32,000 nucleotides of DNA from Corynebacterium amycolatum (GTDB lineage Bacteria > Actinomycetota > Actinomycetes > Mycobacteriales > Mycobacteriaceae). Each line of letters starts with the position of its first letter. Within the stretch, counting starts at the first letter, position 1. The DNA lies in the NCBI RefSeq assembly GCF_049243625.1, contig NZ_CP046975.1, one strand, 5' to 3'. This document shows positions 1-8,901 of the stretch, in pieces. The translations under genes and the position numbers were made by a program. The notes beneath the pieces were generated by a model, which ran no database searches, was not told the origin of the DNA, and saw only the letters and a list, made by a program, of their open reading frames with translations.

Positions 1-73
1 GTTACTTCAAGCGCCCAAAGGCTGACTAACTTTATTCGTCCGGCCCTAGTCGCCGTGGAAAGGCTTAACTTAA

Positions 74-550
74 ATGAGTAACTCTGAATCTCGCACTCCT
101 TCCCAGGCCCTCAGGGACCTGGGGCTTACCCTGCCTGCCGTTGCCGCGCCAGTTGCGGCCTACGTACCCGCAACGCGCACGGGCAACCTTGTTTTCACTT
201 CCGGTCAGCTCCCATTCGTTAACGGCGAGCTCACCCACGTCGGCCACGTCGGCGCAGAGGTCACTGCTGAGGGGGCTAAGGAGGCCGCCCGCACCTGCGC
301 CCTTAACGCTTTGGCCGCAGTCGATGCCGAGGTTGGTCTCGACAATGTCACCCGCATCGTGAAGGTCGTCGGCTTCGTCAATTCCGCCGCCGGATTCACT
401 GGTCAGCCGGGCGTTATCAACGGAGCCTCGGAGCTCTTCGGCGACGTCTTCGGAGAGCGCGGCCAGCACGCTCGCTCGGCAGTGGGTGTAAATCAGCTTC
501 CGCTGGACGCTCCCGTGGAAGTAGAAATCATCGTTGAAGTAGCTCAGTAG
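74..550 (+). CDS. RidA/YjgF-family (endoribonuclease L-PSP-like) protein
   Basis: 158-aa ORF with an ATG start. Typical RidA layout: ...FTSGQLP... near the N-terminus and ...ARSAVGVNQLPLDAPVEVEIIVEV at the C-terminus. Confidence 0.8.
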   Translation: MSNSESRTPSQALRDLGLTLPAVAAPVAAYVPATRTGNLVFTSGQLPFVNGELTHVGHVGAEVTAEGAKEAARTCALNALAAVDAEVGLDNVTRIVKVVGFVNSAAGFTGQPGVINGASELFGDVFGERGQHARSAVGVNQLPLDAPVEVEIIVEVAQ

Positions 551-685
551 CTGCTGTATTTGCTGCTGCAAGCAGCGAGGATGTTGCGTTCTCCGGGGCG
601 TCGTGAAGCGTGCTTACACCCAAATGAGTCGATTTGGAGGACGTGGCGCGCTCCCCGGATTGCGCAACCACGTAGGATAGAGGAC

Positions 686-1501
686 ATGGAGCATCCTGCG
701 TATAGCCAACTGCGTCAGATTTCTCAGTCTGTGGGCGTCGTTCTGTGCCCGAATCCCAGCTACTCTTCGCTGGAAGGTACGAACTCCTACGTTATTAAGG
801 CTGAGGGGGATAGCCGCAGCATTGTCATCGATCCGGGTCCGGAGGACGAGGGACACCTGAACGTCCTCCAGCGTTATGCCGGTGACGTCGCGTTGATTCT
901 GCTGACGCACCGTCATGGCGACCATGCTGATGGCGCCGCGCGTTTCCGCCAGCTCACCGGCGCGCCGATTCGAGAGCTGGAGTCTCAGTACTGTGCGGGA
1001 GGTCAGGATCCGCTTGTCGACGGCGAACGTATCGTCCTCGACGGAGTGACTCCGCAGATTGAGGTCGTGGCAACCCCTGGTCACACCGCTGATTCTGTCT
1101 GCTACTTCATCCACACTGGTGATGGCGAGGATGATGTTGAAGGTATCGTTACCGGTGACACAATCGCTGGCCGCCACACGACTATGATCTCTGAGACCGA
1201 CGGCGACCTGGGTAAGTACATGGAAACCCTGGAAATGCTGGATACGCGCGGCAAGGGCGTACGTCTGCTGCCCGGTCATGGTGCTGACCTGCCGGACATC
1301 ACTGTAATGACGCAGAAGTACATTGAGCGTCGTAAGCTGCGCCTGCAGCAGGTGAAGGACGCCGTTGCCAAGCTGGGCGACGAGGCTACGGTCGACCAGA
1401 TTGTGGATGAGATTTACACCGATGTCGATCCGGTGCTGCGTCATGCTGCTGAGCAGTCGACTCGTGTGACCCTGCGCTACCTGCGCGATCACGGGGAGTA
1501 G
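686..1501 (+). CDS. MBL-fold metallo-hydrolase
   Basis: HxHxDH metal motif (LTHRHGDHADG) plus later TPGHT and LPGHG motifs. I prefer ATG 686 (MEHPAYSQL) to the upstream ORF-track start at 560. Confidence 0.8.
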   Translation: MEHPAYSQLRQISQSVGVVLCPNPSYSSLEGTNSYVIKAEGDSRSIVIDPGPEDEGHLNVLQRYAGDVALILLTHRHGDHADGAARFRQLTGAPIRELESQYCAGGQDPLVDGERIVLDGVTPQIEVVATPGHTADSVCYFIHTGDGEDDVEGIVTGDTIAGRHTTMISETDGDLGKYMETLEMLDTRGKGVRLLPGHGADLPDITVMTQKYIERRKLRLQQVKDAVAKLGDEATVDQIVDEIYTDVDPVLRHAAEQSTRVTLRYLRDHGE

Positions 1502-1610
1502 TTGCTGGGCTTTGGCTTCGGCTTCGGCCGGTTGCTGGGCTGGGGTGGTCCCAGGTTGAGCTTGGGTTGGTCCTAGGTAGAGCTTGGGCTTGGGTTGTCG
1601 CTTGAAAAAG

Positions 1611-1647
1611 GGCGTGTGACCTGCAGTTGTGCAGGTTGCGCGCTTTT
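1611..1647. terminator. Intrinsic (possibly bidirectional) terminator after the MBL hydrolase gene
   Basis: 14-bp stem gcgtgtgacctgca / tgcaggttgcgcgc (three G-U pairs) with a 4-nt loop. It is followed by TTTTT and preceded by AAAAA. Confidence 0.6.
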
Positions 1648-1702
1648 TGTTTGGGCTAGTGCTGGTTGGGGTGCGTTGTGGGGGGGGGTCAGCTCAATCA
1701 CT

Positions 1703-1870
1703 TATCGATGAGGTATCCACTTGTCGATGAGCTATAGCGCACGCATAAGTGAACAGCGCATCGACAAGTGATTGATGCGGGGAGAAATCGGTGAATGGTG
1801 CATCGATAGGTGCCGGGAATGCGTCGATGAGTGGCAGAAAAGCGGGAAGCATCGACGGGAAGCATCGATA
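1703..1870. repeat. Array of 7-8 [A/G]TCGA[T/C]-core motifs (consensus about gCATCGAy)
   Basis: Cores at 1704, 1723, 1760, 1802, 1823, 1851 and 1864, plus a degenerate ATTGAT at 1771. Includes the tandem gggaagcatcga x2 (1845-1869). Lies in a 580-bp spacer between convergent genes. Confidence 0.6.
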
Positions 1871-2048
1871 AGTGCGCCAAAATTGGCCATAATTCGGCCG
1901 GTGGGGTGGGGCTGGCATGCCAGGCCAGCATGCCAGGCCAAGCGGGGAAGACAACAAAAATCCCGCGAGCCTCATGCGTTTTATGTGCTCCTACGGGAAC
2001 CGAGGAACCAAAAGCAGAGGCTGCGGGATGTGAGTCGTTTGGGCAGCT

Positions 2049-2082
2049 CCGCAAACGCCGCAAACGCCACAAGCGCCACAAG
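2049..2082. repeat. 9-bp tandem repeat x ~3.8 (ccgcaaacg ccgcaaacg ccacaagcg ccacaag)
   Basis: Read directly from the sequence. It abuts the glxR stop codon (2083-2085 on the minus strand). Confidence 0.7.
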
Positions 2083-2766
2083 TTAGCGTGCGCGTCGGGC
2101 CAAACGCTCCGTATCGGAGATGAGCACGGACTTGCCCTCAAGGCGAATCCAGCCGCGGTGGGCGAACTCTGCAAGAGCCTTGTTAACGGTCTCTCGGGAG
2201 GCGCCGACGAGCTGTGCGATTTCCTCCTGGGTCAGGTCATGGTTCACACGGAGAGCAGAACCCTCCTGAACACCGAAGCGATTAGCCAGCTGAAGCAGGG
2301 ACTTAGCCACGCGACCTGGGACGTCGGTGAAGATGAGATCAGCCAGCGAATTGTTGGTGCGACGCAAGCGGCGGGCCAGCATGCGCAGCAGCTGTGCCGG
2401 AACATCCGGGTGTGACCCGACCCATTCCTGCAGCTGATCAGCGCTCATGGATGCGGCGGAAACCTCGGTGACGCAGACCGCCGAAGAGGTGCGTGGACCC
2501 GGGTCGAAGATGGAGAGCTCGCCGAACATGTCGGATGGGCCCATAATGGTCAACAGGTTTTCACGACCGTCAGCTGAGCGACGAGCCAGCTTCACCTTGC
2601 CATCAATAATGATGTAGAGCCGATCGCCCGGCTCACCCTCATTGAAGATGGTGGTTCCACGCGGGAAGCGAACCGTCTCGAGCTCACCGAGCAAGGCCTG
2701 CACAGCCTCCTGGTCGACTCCCTGAAATACACCGGCCCGGGAGAGAATCTCCTTGACGTCATCCAC
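2083..2766 (-). CDS. glxR: cAMP-responsive CRP/FNR-family global regulator GlxR (Crp, Rv3676 orthologue)
   Basis: Near-identical blocks to C. glutamicum GlxR as I recall it: [83 protein letters not shown] prefer GTG 2766, which has AGGAG 8 nt upstream and gives 227 aa. GTG 2799 is possible. Confidence 0.93.
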   Translation of the reverse strand: MDDVKEILSRAGVFQGVDQEAVQALLGELETVRFPRGTTIFNEGEPGDRLYIIIDGKVKLARRSADGRENLLTIMGPSDMFGELSIFDPGPRTSSAVCVTEVSAASMSADQLQEWVGSHPDVPAQLLRMLARRLRRTNNSLADLIFTDVPGRVAKSLLQLANRFGVQEGSALRVNHDLTQEEIAQLVGASRETVNKALAEFAHRGWIRLEGKSVLISDTERLARRAR

Positions 2767-3274
2767 GGTAAAATTCTCCTGTCTTGGGCCACTAACCACC
2801 GTAAATACAGGCCAGCGGCCACCAAATTAACACTCGACTACAGATTGCAGTGGTCAAACGGGAAGAGAAGCTGCCCCGTCCCACTACTTTCGGTCTTTCC
2901 CGGTAACGCCGCTGCCAGCTTTCAAGGCAGGTTCATCCCTGGACAAATTTCACGACAAAATCGCCTCTATAGATGCATCCCAAAAACTACGCCGTCACCA
3001 AGATGTGATAAACACCACTGTAGCAAAAGAGCCACTGCGTCTGTGGGGAATTCTGGTGAAAAGCCGCTGAACTGTGTATTTCTAAATAGCAATGAGCTAA
3101 CGGTGTTCTAAGTTGTGGTTGGACGTGACCTTTTCGACTTTTCTGACCGATTGCGCCCGAGCTTCAACTGATTGCATCCGCATCTCTGGTGAACCTAAGG
3201 ATCCCGTCCGCGAAAGGTATGACGAAAAGGTGCGCACGCGAATTGCAATCCGGGGTAGCCGATACACTACGACC

Positions 3275-4222
3275 ATGGATACGACCGGCAGGGCATCGTC
3301 GATAAGCAAGCACCAGATAAGCAAGCACCAGGCGACGAGCAAACTCCAACCCACACACCCGCAGGGATCCCTGACGTCGAAGAAGCGTCGGGCGGTGGGG
3401 GCGCATCCGGCGGCGCGGGGGAAAGAGACGCGTCTGGGCATGGTGCGGCGTGCGCGGCGGATTAACCGCACGCTGGCGGTGGCGTACCCGAATGCGCACT
3501 GTGAGCTGGACTTTCGTAATCCGTATGAGCTCGCGGTGGCGACGATTCTGTCGGCGCAGTGCACGGATGCGCGGGTGAATATGACCACGCCGGCGCTGTT
3601 CGCTAAGTTCCCCAGCCCGGCCGATTTGGCGGTTGCGAATCAGGAGGAGGTCGAGGAGCTCGTTCGGCCGACGGGTTTTTATAGGAATAAGGCCGCGAAC
3701 ATCATCGGCTTTGCCCAGGGCGTGATGGAGCAGCACGGCGGCGAGGTCCCGGGCACGTTGGAGGAGCTGGTGAAGCTGCCGGGCGTAGGGCGAAAGACAG
3801 CAAATGTGGTGCTGGGGAATGCTTTTGGAGTGCCGGGGTTGACGGTCGATACGCATTTTGGGCGTCTGGTGCGGCGCATGGGCCTCACGGAGCAGGAAGA
3901 TCCGGTGCGCGTGGAGCACGAGATGATGGAGGTGCTGCCGCGCGCGGAGTGGACGTGGTTTTCGCACCGGCTGATTTTCCACGGTCGGAGGGTGTGCCAT
4001 TCGCGCCGGGCGGCGTGCGGGGCGTGCTTCTTGGCGGCGGATTGCCCGTCGTATGGCGTCGCGGGTCCGGCGGAGCCGGAGACGGCGGAGAAGTTGATTA
4101 AGTCAGACGACAGGGAATGGCTTCTCTACCTGGCCGGTCTTAATGACGGCTACAGTGGGGAGGAACTTTCCGCGCTTGACGACGGGGATAGCGCGCACAA
4201 CACCACAGCGGCACAGGACTAG
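3275..4222 (+). CDS. nth: Endonuclease III (DNA-(apurinic/apyrimidinic site) lyase)
   Basis: HhH-GPD core ([18 protein letters not shown]) and an Fe-S cluster motif C-X6-C-X2-C-X5-C ([17 protein letters not shown]). The start is uncertain (ATG 3275 or 3440, or a non-ATG codon). Similarity to M. tuberculosis Nth begins before M3440 ([12 protein letters not shown]). Confidence 0.9.
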   Translation: MDTTGRASSISKHQISKHQATSKLQPTHPQGSLTSKKRRAVGAHPAARGKETRLGMVRRARRINRTLAVAYPNAHCELDFRNPYELAVATILSAQCTDARVNMTTPALFAKFPSPADLAVANQEEVEELVRPTGFYRNKAANIIGFAQGVMEQHGGEVPGTLEELVKLPGVGRKTANVVLGNAFGVPGLTVDTHFGRLVRRMGLTEQEDPVRVEHEMMEVLPRAEWTWFSHRLIFHGRRVCHSRRAACGACFLAADCPSYGVAGPAEPETAEKLIKSDDREWLLYLAGLNDGYSGEELSALDDGDSAHNTTAAQD

Positions 4223-4238
4223 TCGAGGAGCACTTTTC

Positions 4239-4997
4239 GTGAATGAGCAGGGCGGTCGTAGTCACAATGGTGGCCACATTGGGGATTGGCAGGCGGACGT
4301 TAACCGTTCGGCATCGCTGATTACGCTGCTCATCGCGGGGATTAGCATTGTGGGGCTGGTGGTTTTCGCGATTGTGAATACCACTGGTGGCAATGACGAG
4401 GCCGACGGTGGTGGGACTGGAGCTGGTGTGAGTGCCGGTGCGAATGGTGCTGATAATGGTGGCACCGGCAGTGATGATGAGGTGGATAGCGCATCGGCGG
4501 CGCCAGCGATGTCGAAGGACGAGATCGCGGCGGTAGCGGGTAGTGGCTCGCTGGCCGGTGTGCGCTTGCCGCTGTTGGCAGAGTCGGGAGACTCAGCGGA
4601 TCAGAGCAACGAGGTCGGCCAAGCGGAACTGGTAGACATGGGCCAGGTCGTCGAGGGCAAGCCAACCGTGCTTAATGTCTGGGCATGGAACTGTGCGCCG
4701 TGTCGCCAAGAGCTGCCGCTTATCGAGCAATGGGGCAAGGACAACCCAGATGTGCAGGTGGTGACGGTGCATGCGGCTCGCGAGGCGGGGCGTGGCCAGG
4801 CCCTCCTGCAGGAAATCGGAGTGAATCTACCGACCTACTCGGACACGGTCGATGTGGTCGGACCAGCGTTGAATCTACCGCGAGTTGTGCCCATTACCGT
4901 GGTGTTTAAGGCCGATGGCACGGTGGCGACCATTCGTCCCGGTGAATTCATCGATGCGCAGCAGATTACTGATCTCGTGCGAGGTGCGTTGAAGTGA
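4239..4997 (+). CDS. TlpA-family thiol:disulfide oxidoreductase, membrane-anchored thioredoxin-like (Rv3673c-like)
   Basis: GTG 4239 lies behind GAGGAG. One TM helix (LITLLIAGISIVGLVVFAIV) and a CxxC site (WAWNCAPCRQE). Confidence 0.8.
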   Translation: MNEQGGRSHNGGHIGDWQADVNRSASLITLLIAGISIVGLVVFAIVNTTGGNDEADGGGTGAGVSAGANGADNGGTGSDDEVDSASAAPAMSKDEIAAVAGSGSLAGVRLPLLAESGDSADQSNEVGQAELVDMGQVVEGKPTVLNVWAWNCAPCRQELPLIEQWGKDNPDVQVVTVHAAREAGRGQALLQEIGVNLPTYSDTVDVVGPALNLPRVVPITVVFKADGTVATIRPGEFIDAQQITDLVRGALK

Positions 4998-5848
4998 CTA
5001 AGGGACAGTCGTGGAATCGCGACGCAAGCTCGGGGCTGTATCTGCCGAAGTGGTTGACCAATAGTTTGCCGCCGCATCTAGTCAGCGCTGATCATGACGC
5101 GGCGGGCCACACCAGCACCAGCCAAGACGCGGCAGGTCACTCGGAGCAACAGGTGGCCGGTCGCTCCGCTTCGTCGTCAAGCGTGAAGCGCGCGTTTGCG
5201 AAGTTGCGGCGAGACTCCTCGACGCAGGAGGAACCGTTGCGGAATCCTGCGCGGTCGGCGGTGTTGGTGCTGATCAGCGGTGATGCGGAGGCGCACCAAC
5301 GGCCGGAGGATGCCAGCGTGGTACTTACGCACAGGGCGACAACCCTGCGTAAACATGCAGGCCAGATGGCTTTTCCGGGTGGTCGTGTCGATCCCGAGGA
5401 CGTGGATGAAATCGATACCGCGCTGCGTGAAGCCGAGGAAGAAACCGGCCTGAACCGAGAGACGGTGACGCCGGTGCGGGTGCTGGACTCGATTGACATT
5501 TCGCGGACTGGCTTCGCGGTCAATCCGGTGTTGGCGTATTGGCATGCACCGCATCCGCTGCGTGTAGTCGACCCTGCAGAGACGGAATCGGTGCTCAATG
5601 TGCCAATCAGTCACCTGACGAATCCGGACAACCGCATGATGCTGGGCTATCACGGCTGGACAGGGCCGGCATTTAAGGTTGGTGACTTCGTCGTTTGGGG
5701 CTTTACCGGCGGCGTGCTGTCCTACTTGCTGGATGTGGCCGGCTGGTCGGAACCGTGGGACGAGACCAACGTACAGAAACTTTTGCCGGTGCTCGCGCGT
5801 TCCGCTAATGGTGAAAAACTGTCCGTACTGAAGGGAGGCCGACGATGA
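4994..5848 (+). CDS. NUDIX hydrolase (CoA pyrophosphatase-like, Rv3672c-like)
   Basis: Nudix box GGRVDPEDVDEIDTALREAEEETGL. The GTGA start/stop overlap with the upstream gene suggests translational coupling. Confidence 0.85.
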   Translation: MTKGQSWNRDASSGLYLPKWLTNSLPPHLVSADHDAAGHTSTSQDAAGHSEQQVAGRSASSSSVKRAFAKLRRDSSTQEEPLRNPARSAVLVLISGDAEAHQRPEDASVVLTHRATTLRKHAGQMAFPGGRVDPEDVDEIDTALREAEEETGLNRETVTPVRVLDSIDISRTGFAVNPVLAYWHAPHPLRVVDPAETESVLNVPISHLTNPDNRMMLGYHGWTGPAFKVGDFVVWGFTGGVLSYLLDVAGWSEPWDETNVQKLLPVLARSANGEKLSVLKGGRR

Positions 5849-7041
5849 TGCCTGCAATCGCTGTGTTTGACGTTGCGCTGCTGGCGATTTTTATTTTTAC
5901 GCTTGTCGTCGGCTGGCAGCAGGGCGCCGTCTCGTCGATTATGGCCATTTTGGGCGTTGTCCTGGGCTTGGTTATTGGTGTGCCCTTGGCGCCGCTAGCT
6001 ATGGCACAAGTCGAGAACCAGTCGGGAAAGGTTCTTCTGGGCCTCGGCACGGTGATCCTGTTCGCCCTGATTGGTCACGCGGTGGGAACAGTGGCGGGGC
6101 AGTCGCTGCGGAATACCATTCGCTCGCCGTTGGCAGTCGGCCTGGATTCGAGTCTCGGCGCCATCGTGCAGTCGGTGACTGCGCTGGTAGTGACATGGAT
6201 GATCGCCGTACCCTTGGCCACCGCCGTGCCCGGACAATTCGCCGACTGGGTGCGTGAGTCCAAGGGCATGAACCTCATTGACCAGGTCGCGCCCGACGAA
6301 TGGAGTGACGGCTTCAGTGGCATCCTCCGCCAGCTCCGCGATGATGGAATGCCCGCCATCGCTCCGCCATTCGGCTACAAGCAGAACGTCCCCGATGAAC
6401 CCGCCGACCCCAATGTGATTTCACAAGGTGTCGTCGACAGTATTCGACCGTCCATCGTCCGCGTCTTGGGCGAGGCCCCGCAGTGCGAACGCTTGCTGCA
6501 GGGCACGGGCTTTGTCATCGCACCGGATCTGATTCTCACCAACGCGCACGTGGTCGCCGGCGCCACCACTGTTCGGCTGGAAACTGTGGTCGGCATGGCT
6601 GACGCAAACGTCGTGCACTACGATCCGCTTGACGACGTCGCCTTGCTCCGGACCACCGACCTACCCCTGGAGCCCATGCAGTGGGCGGACCAGGAAGCTC
6701 GTCCGGGCGATGACGCGGTAGTGCTGGGCTTTCCCGAATCCGGCCCCTTTAAAGCCACGCCTGCGCGCGTGACGGAGAACATTATTATTCGAGGGCCGGA
6801 TATTTATTCGTCGACTCGACACGAGCGCCAGTCCTATGTTCTGAAGGCAGATGTGCGCCACGGCAACTCGGGCGGACCACTGATTACGCCACAGGGTCAG
6901 ATCCTGGGTTTGGTCTTCGGTGCCGGTGTGAACAATGACCAGACTGGTTACGCGCTGACGCACGCCGAGGTCCAGCCACACATTGATGAGGCGATGAATC
7001 ACTACGGGGCCATCAGCACGCAAGAGTGCGTGGCGGGGTAA
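5845..7041 (+). CDS. marP: MarP-family membrane serine protease (CvpA-like 4-TM N-terminus + trypsin-like domain, Rv3671c-like)
   Basis: Catalytic-triad contexts TNAHVVAG, DDVALLR and HGNSGGPL, with N-terminal TM helices. ATGATG overlaps the NUDIX stop codon. Confidence 0.85.
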   Translation: MMPAIAVFDVALLAIFIFTLVVGWQQGAVSSIMAILGVVLGLVIGVPLAPLAMAQVENQSGKVLLGLGTVILFALIGHAVGTVAGQSLRNTIRSPLAVGLDSSLGAIVQSVTALVVTWMIAVPLATAVPGQFADWVRESKGMNLIDQVAPDEWSDGFSGILRQLRDDGMPAIAPPFGYKQNVPDEPADPNVISQGVVDSIRPSIVRVLGEAPQCERLLQGTGFVIAPDLILTNAHVVAGATTVRLETVVGMADANVVHYDPLDDVALLRTTDLPLEPMQWADQEARPGDDAVVLGFPESGPFKATPARVTENIIIRGPDIYSSTRHERQSYVLKADVRHGNSGGPLITPQGQILGLVFGAGVNNDQTGYALTHAEVQPHIDEAMNHYGAISTQECVAG

Positions 7042-7125
7042 GCGGCAAGTTGTGTGTCTGTGGGGCAGGGTAGCCCCCATCCCCAGCCGCAGGAGAGTTC
7101 TGGCTAGCTTCAGCCGTGCCGGAGC

Positions 7126-8103
7126 CTAAGATCCCTCCGGCAACCAGTGCAGGTGATCTCTGATTGCCTGCACCACCGCCTGCGGTTTTTCTACCGGCAG
7201 GAAGTGCCCACAGCCCGGGATGACGCGCACGTGGGTGGAGCTGAGCTCCACCAGCGCAGGTGGGGTACGAGTGTCCTGCTCGCCGACGAGCAGCACCGTG
7301 TGCTCATCGCTTTTCGACGAGCCCTCCATCGCACCCAACCACTTGCGGAAAGCGACCGGAGCCGGTCGCGTCCACCAGTTCATATGAGCCAGTGCAGGGC
7401 GGAGTGCGCCACTGGCCAGGCTGTCAGCCATGAGTTCCGCGGTCTGTTTCCCCTCAGGGGTCTCGGCGAACCCCTCCCCGGCGGTGGACATGGACTCGCG
7501 CACGATGCGGTCAATGAGCCGCTGCTGGCGAGCCTCAGCTGCCTGTGTGCTGAACTTATTGCGGCGCAACCGCGGTACCCGTGGCCGTGAGTCCCACCAC
7601 GAACGGCGCAACAGTGGGGCAAGGCTATTGCGGAAGTCCTCCGACCACGGGCTCTTCAACTGGTTGAGCCACACCTTCGGATGCGCAGCACCACAACCAA
7701 TAACTTCGGCAACAAGATTCGGCTGCCGCGAGGCCAGCGTCCATGCCACCCACGTGCCGAACCCCTGACAGACCAGCAGCGCGGTCGAGTGCCCCAATGA
7801 GCGAATCGACGAGGCGATGTCCTGGGCCGCCTCAAACGGATTGTAGCCATGCGGTGTTCGGTCGGACTGACCGTAGCCACGCATAGAAATAGCCACAGCG
7901 TGCACGGGGAGGGGGGCGCCCGAGTCGTCGTTAAGCAGTGGCAAAACCTCGCGCCATTCAAACCAACCGCCAGTCGAGCCGTGAATAAACAACACGAGCG
8001 GATCGGAGGGGCGGCCGCACTCGGCGATGTGTAGGCGCTGGCCGCGGACGTGAATGAGACGATGACGCCAGGGGCCAGTGAGAGAATCGCTAAGGGAGGT
8101 CAT
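7126..8103 (-). CDS. Alpha/beta-fold hydrolase (epoxide-hydrolase-like, Rv3670-like)
   Basis: HGSTGGWFEW oxyanion region, a nucleophile-elbow-like CQGFGTW, and C-terminal GCGHFLPVEKP. I prefer ATG 8103 (MTSLSD...) to 8181. Confidence 0.75.
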   Translation of the reverse strand: MTSLSDSLTGPWRHRLIHVRGQRLHIAECGRPSDPLVLFIHGSTGGWFEWREVLPLLNDDSGAPLPVHAVAISMRGYGQSDRTPHGYNPFEAAQDIASSIRSLGHSTALLVCQGFGTWVAWTLASRQPNLVAEVIGCGAAHPKVWLNQLKSPWSEDFRNSLAPLLRRSWWDSRPRVPRLRRNKFSTQAAEARQQRLIDRIVRESMSTAGEGFAETPEGKQTAELMADSLASGALRPALAHMNWWTRPAPVAFRKWLGAMEGSSKSDEHTVLLVGEQDTRTPPALVELSSTHVRVIPGCGHFLPVEKPQAVVQAIRDHLHWLPEGS

Positions 8104-8196
8104 GAGAGGAAATACCTTATCCGAAGGGCTTAAACCGGGACTGAATAAGACAAAAGGGCGAGACCAACAAGTCCCGCCCAATTTCTTTTTAAGCCT

Positions 8197-8697
8197 TTAG
8201 GTGTACATACCGTTCGACTGCGAAGACTTCTTCGCCGACCCCGACGGCACGACCCCCTTCAGCTCCTGCATCGACTCGATGGTCTTCTCCGGCTTGCGGA
8301 TCGACTTGACCTTCTTCAGCCCCAGCAGCGCCGCGACACCGGCGATGACCAGCATCAGGACGAAAACGATGAGGAATGCAGCCCAGGTCGGCAGCCAAAG
8401 GTCCAGCAGCCAGCCGAGGAAGAAGAAAAAGAAGAACGAGGAGTACAGCGCGACGACGCCGGCAACCGCGAAGAAGCCACCGCCAACTGCACCCTTCTTA
8501 GCCTCGCCAGCAATTTCAGCCTTGGCTAGCTCAATCTCAGAGCGAACCAGAGCGGAAATCTGCGTAGAAGCATTAGACACGAGCTGGCCGATGCTGGCAT
8601 CGCCCGAAGCGTTGCTATCCACATCACTCAGCGGGATAGCGGTAACACGCGGTTCGGTGCCGTCGGTAAAGAGACCCTTCGTATCGTCGTTGCTCAC
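8197..8697 (-). CDS. Holin-X/phage-holin-family-like small membrane protein (conserved actinobacterial)
   Basis: GTG start with AGGAGG 8 nt upstream. Two adjacent TM helices follow an amphipathic SEIELAKAEIAGEAKKG segment. The gene is in a core, non-phage context. Confidence 0.6.
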   Translation of the reverse strand: MSNDDTKGLFTDGTEPRVTAIPLSDVDSNASGDASIGQLVSNASTQISALVRSEIELAKAEIAGEAKKGAVGGGFFAVAGVVALYSSFFFFFFLGWLLDLWLPTWAAFLIVFVLMLVIAGVAALLGLKKVKSIRKPEKTIESMQELKGVVPSGSAKKSSQSNGMYT

Positions 8698-8901
8698 GTG
8701 TACTTCCTCCTACGCAGATGGTTGGAAAAGATGGTTTGAAACTTTAAAACTGCAGTTACAAACTGCCATACTACCTCTCATTGTGGGGAGAGCGCGCCAC
8801 AAGGGCGAAAAAGCCAAGAACTCGTTGAAGTTTTTCTCATCTTTGACCATTTCTATATAAGTTTGTCACTTACTTAGCGGTGAAGAATTAGGGTGTGGGA
8901 T

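Noticed and set aside
1694-2415. ORFs 1698-2174 (-), 1694-1975 (-), 1772-2086 (+) and 1831-2415 (+) in the MBL/glxR spacer.
   Set aside because: Their sequences are driven by the repeat arrays and show no recognisable domain. The last one runs antisense through glxR. I treated the region as non-coding.
3004-3019. A possible GlxR/CRP site, TGTGATAAACACCACT, in the divergent glxR/nth spacer. The cAMP sensor (glxR) and the cyclase (cyaB) also both lie in this window.
   Set aside because: Only the left half-site matches TGTGA-N6-TCACA; the right half matches 3 of 5. It is over 200 bp from either start. The glxR/cyaB co-location is ordinary conserved synteny, not a new system.
3300-3331. A 15-bp tandem duplication (ataagcaagcaccag x2, giving [10 protein letters not shown]) in the 5' region of nth, and a 12-bp duplication, ggtggaataacc x2, at the tadA stop (19536-19559).
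   Set aside because: These are simple slippage duplications. The first may lie upstream of the real start, and the second lies after the stop codon. No functional consequence can be argued from the sequence alone.
8197-8697. The holin-family protein as evidence of a prophage lysis cassette. I also noted its FFFFFF run, encoded by a purine-rich gaagaagaaaaagaagaa tract.
   Set aside because: No endolysin or other phage genes are adjacent. The gene sits in conserved core synteny (Rv3669-like position). The poly-Phe run is simply part of a TM helix.
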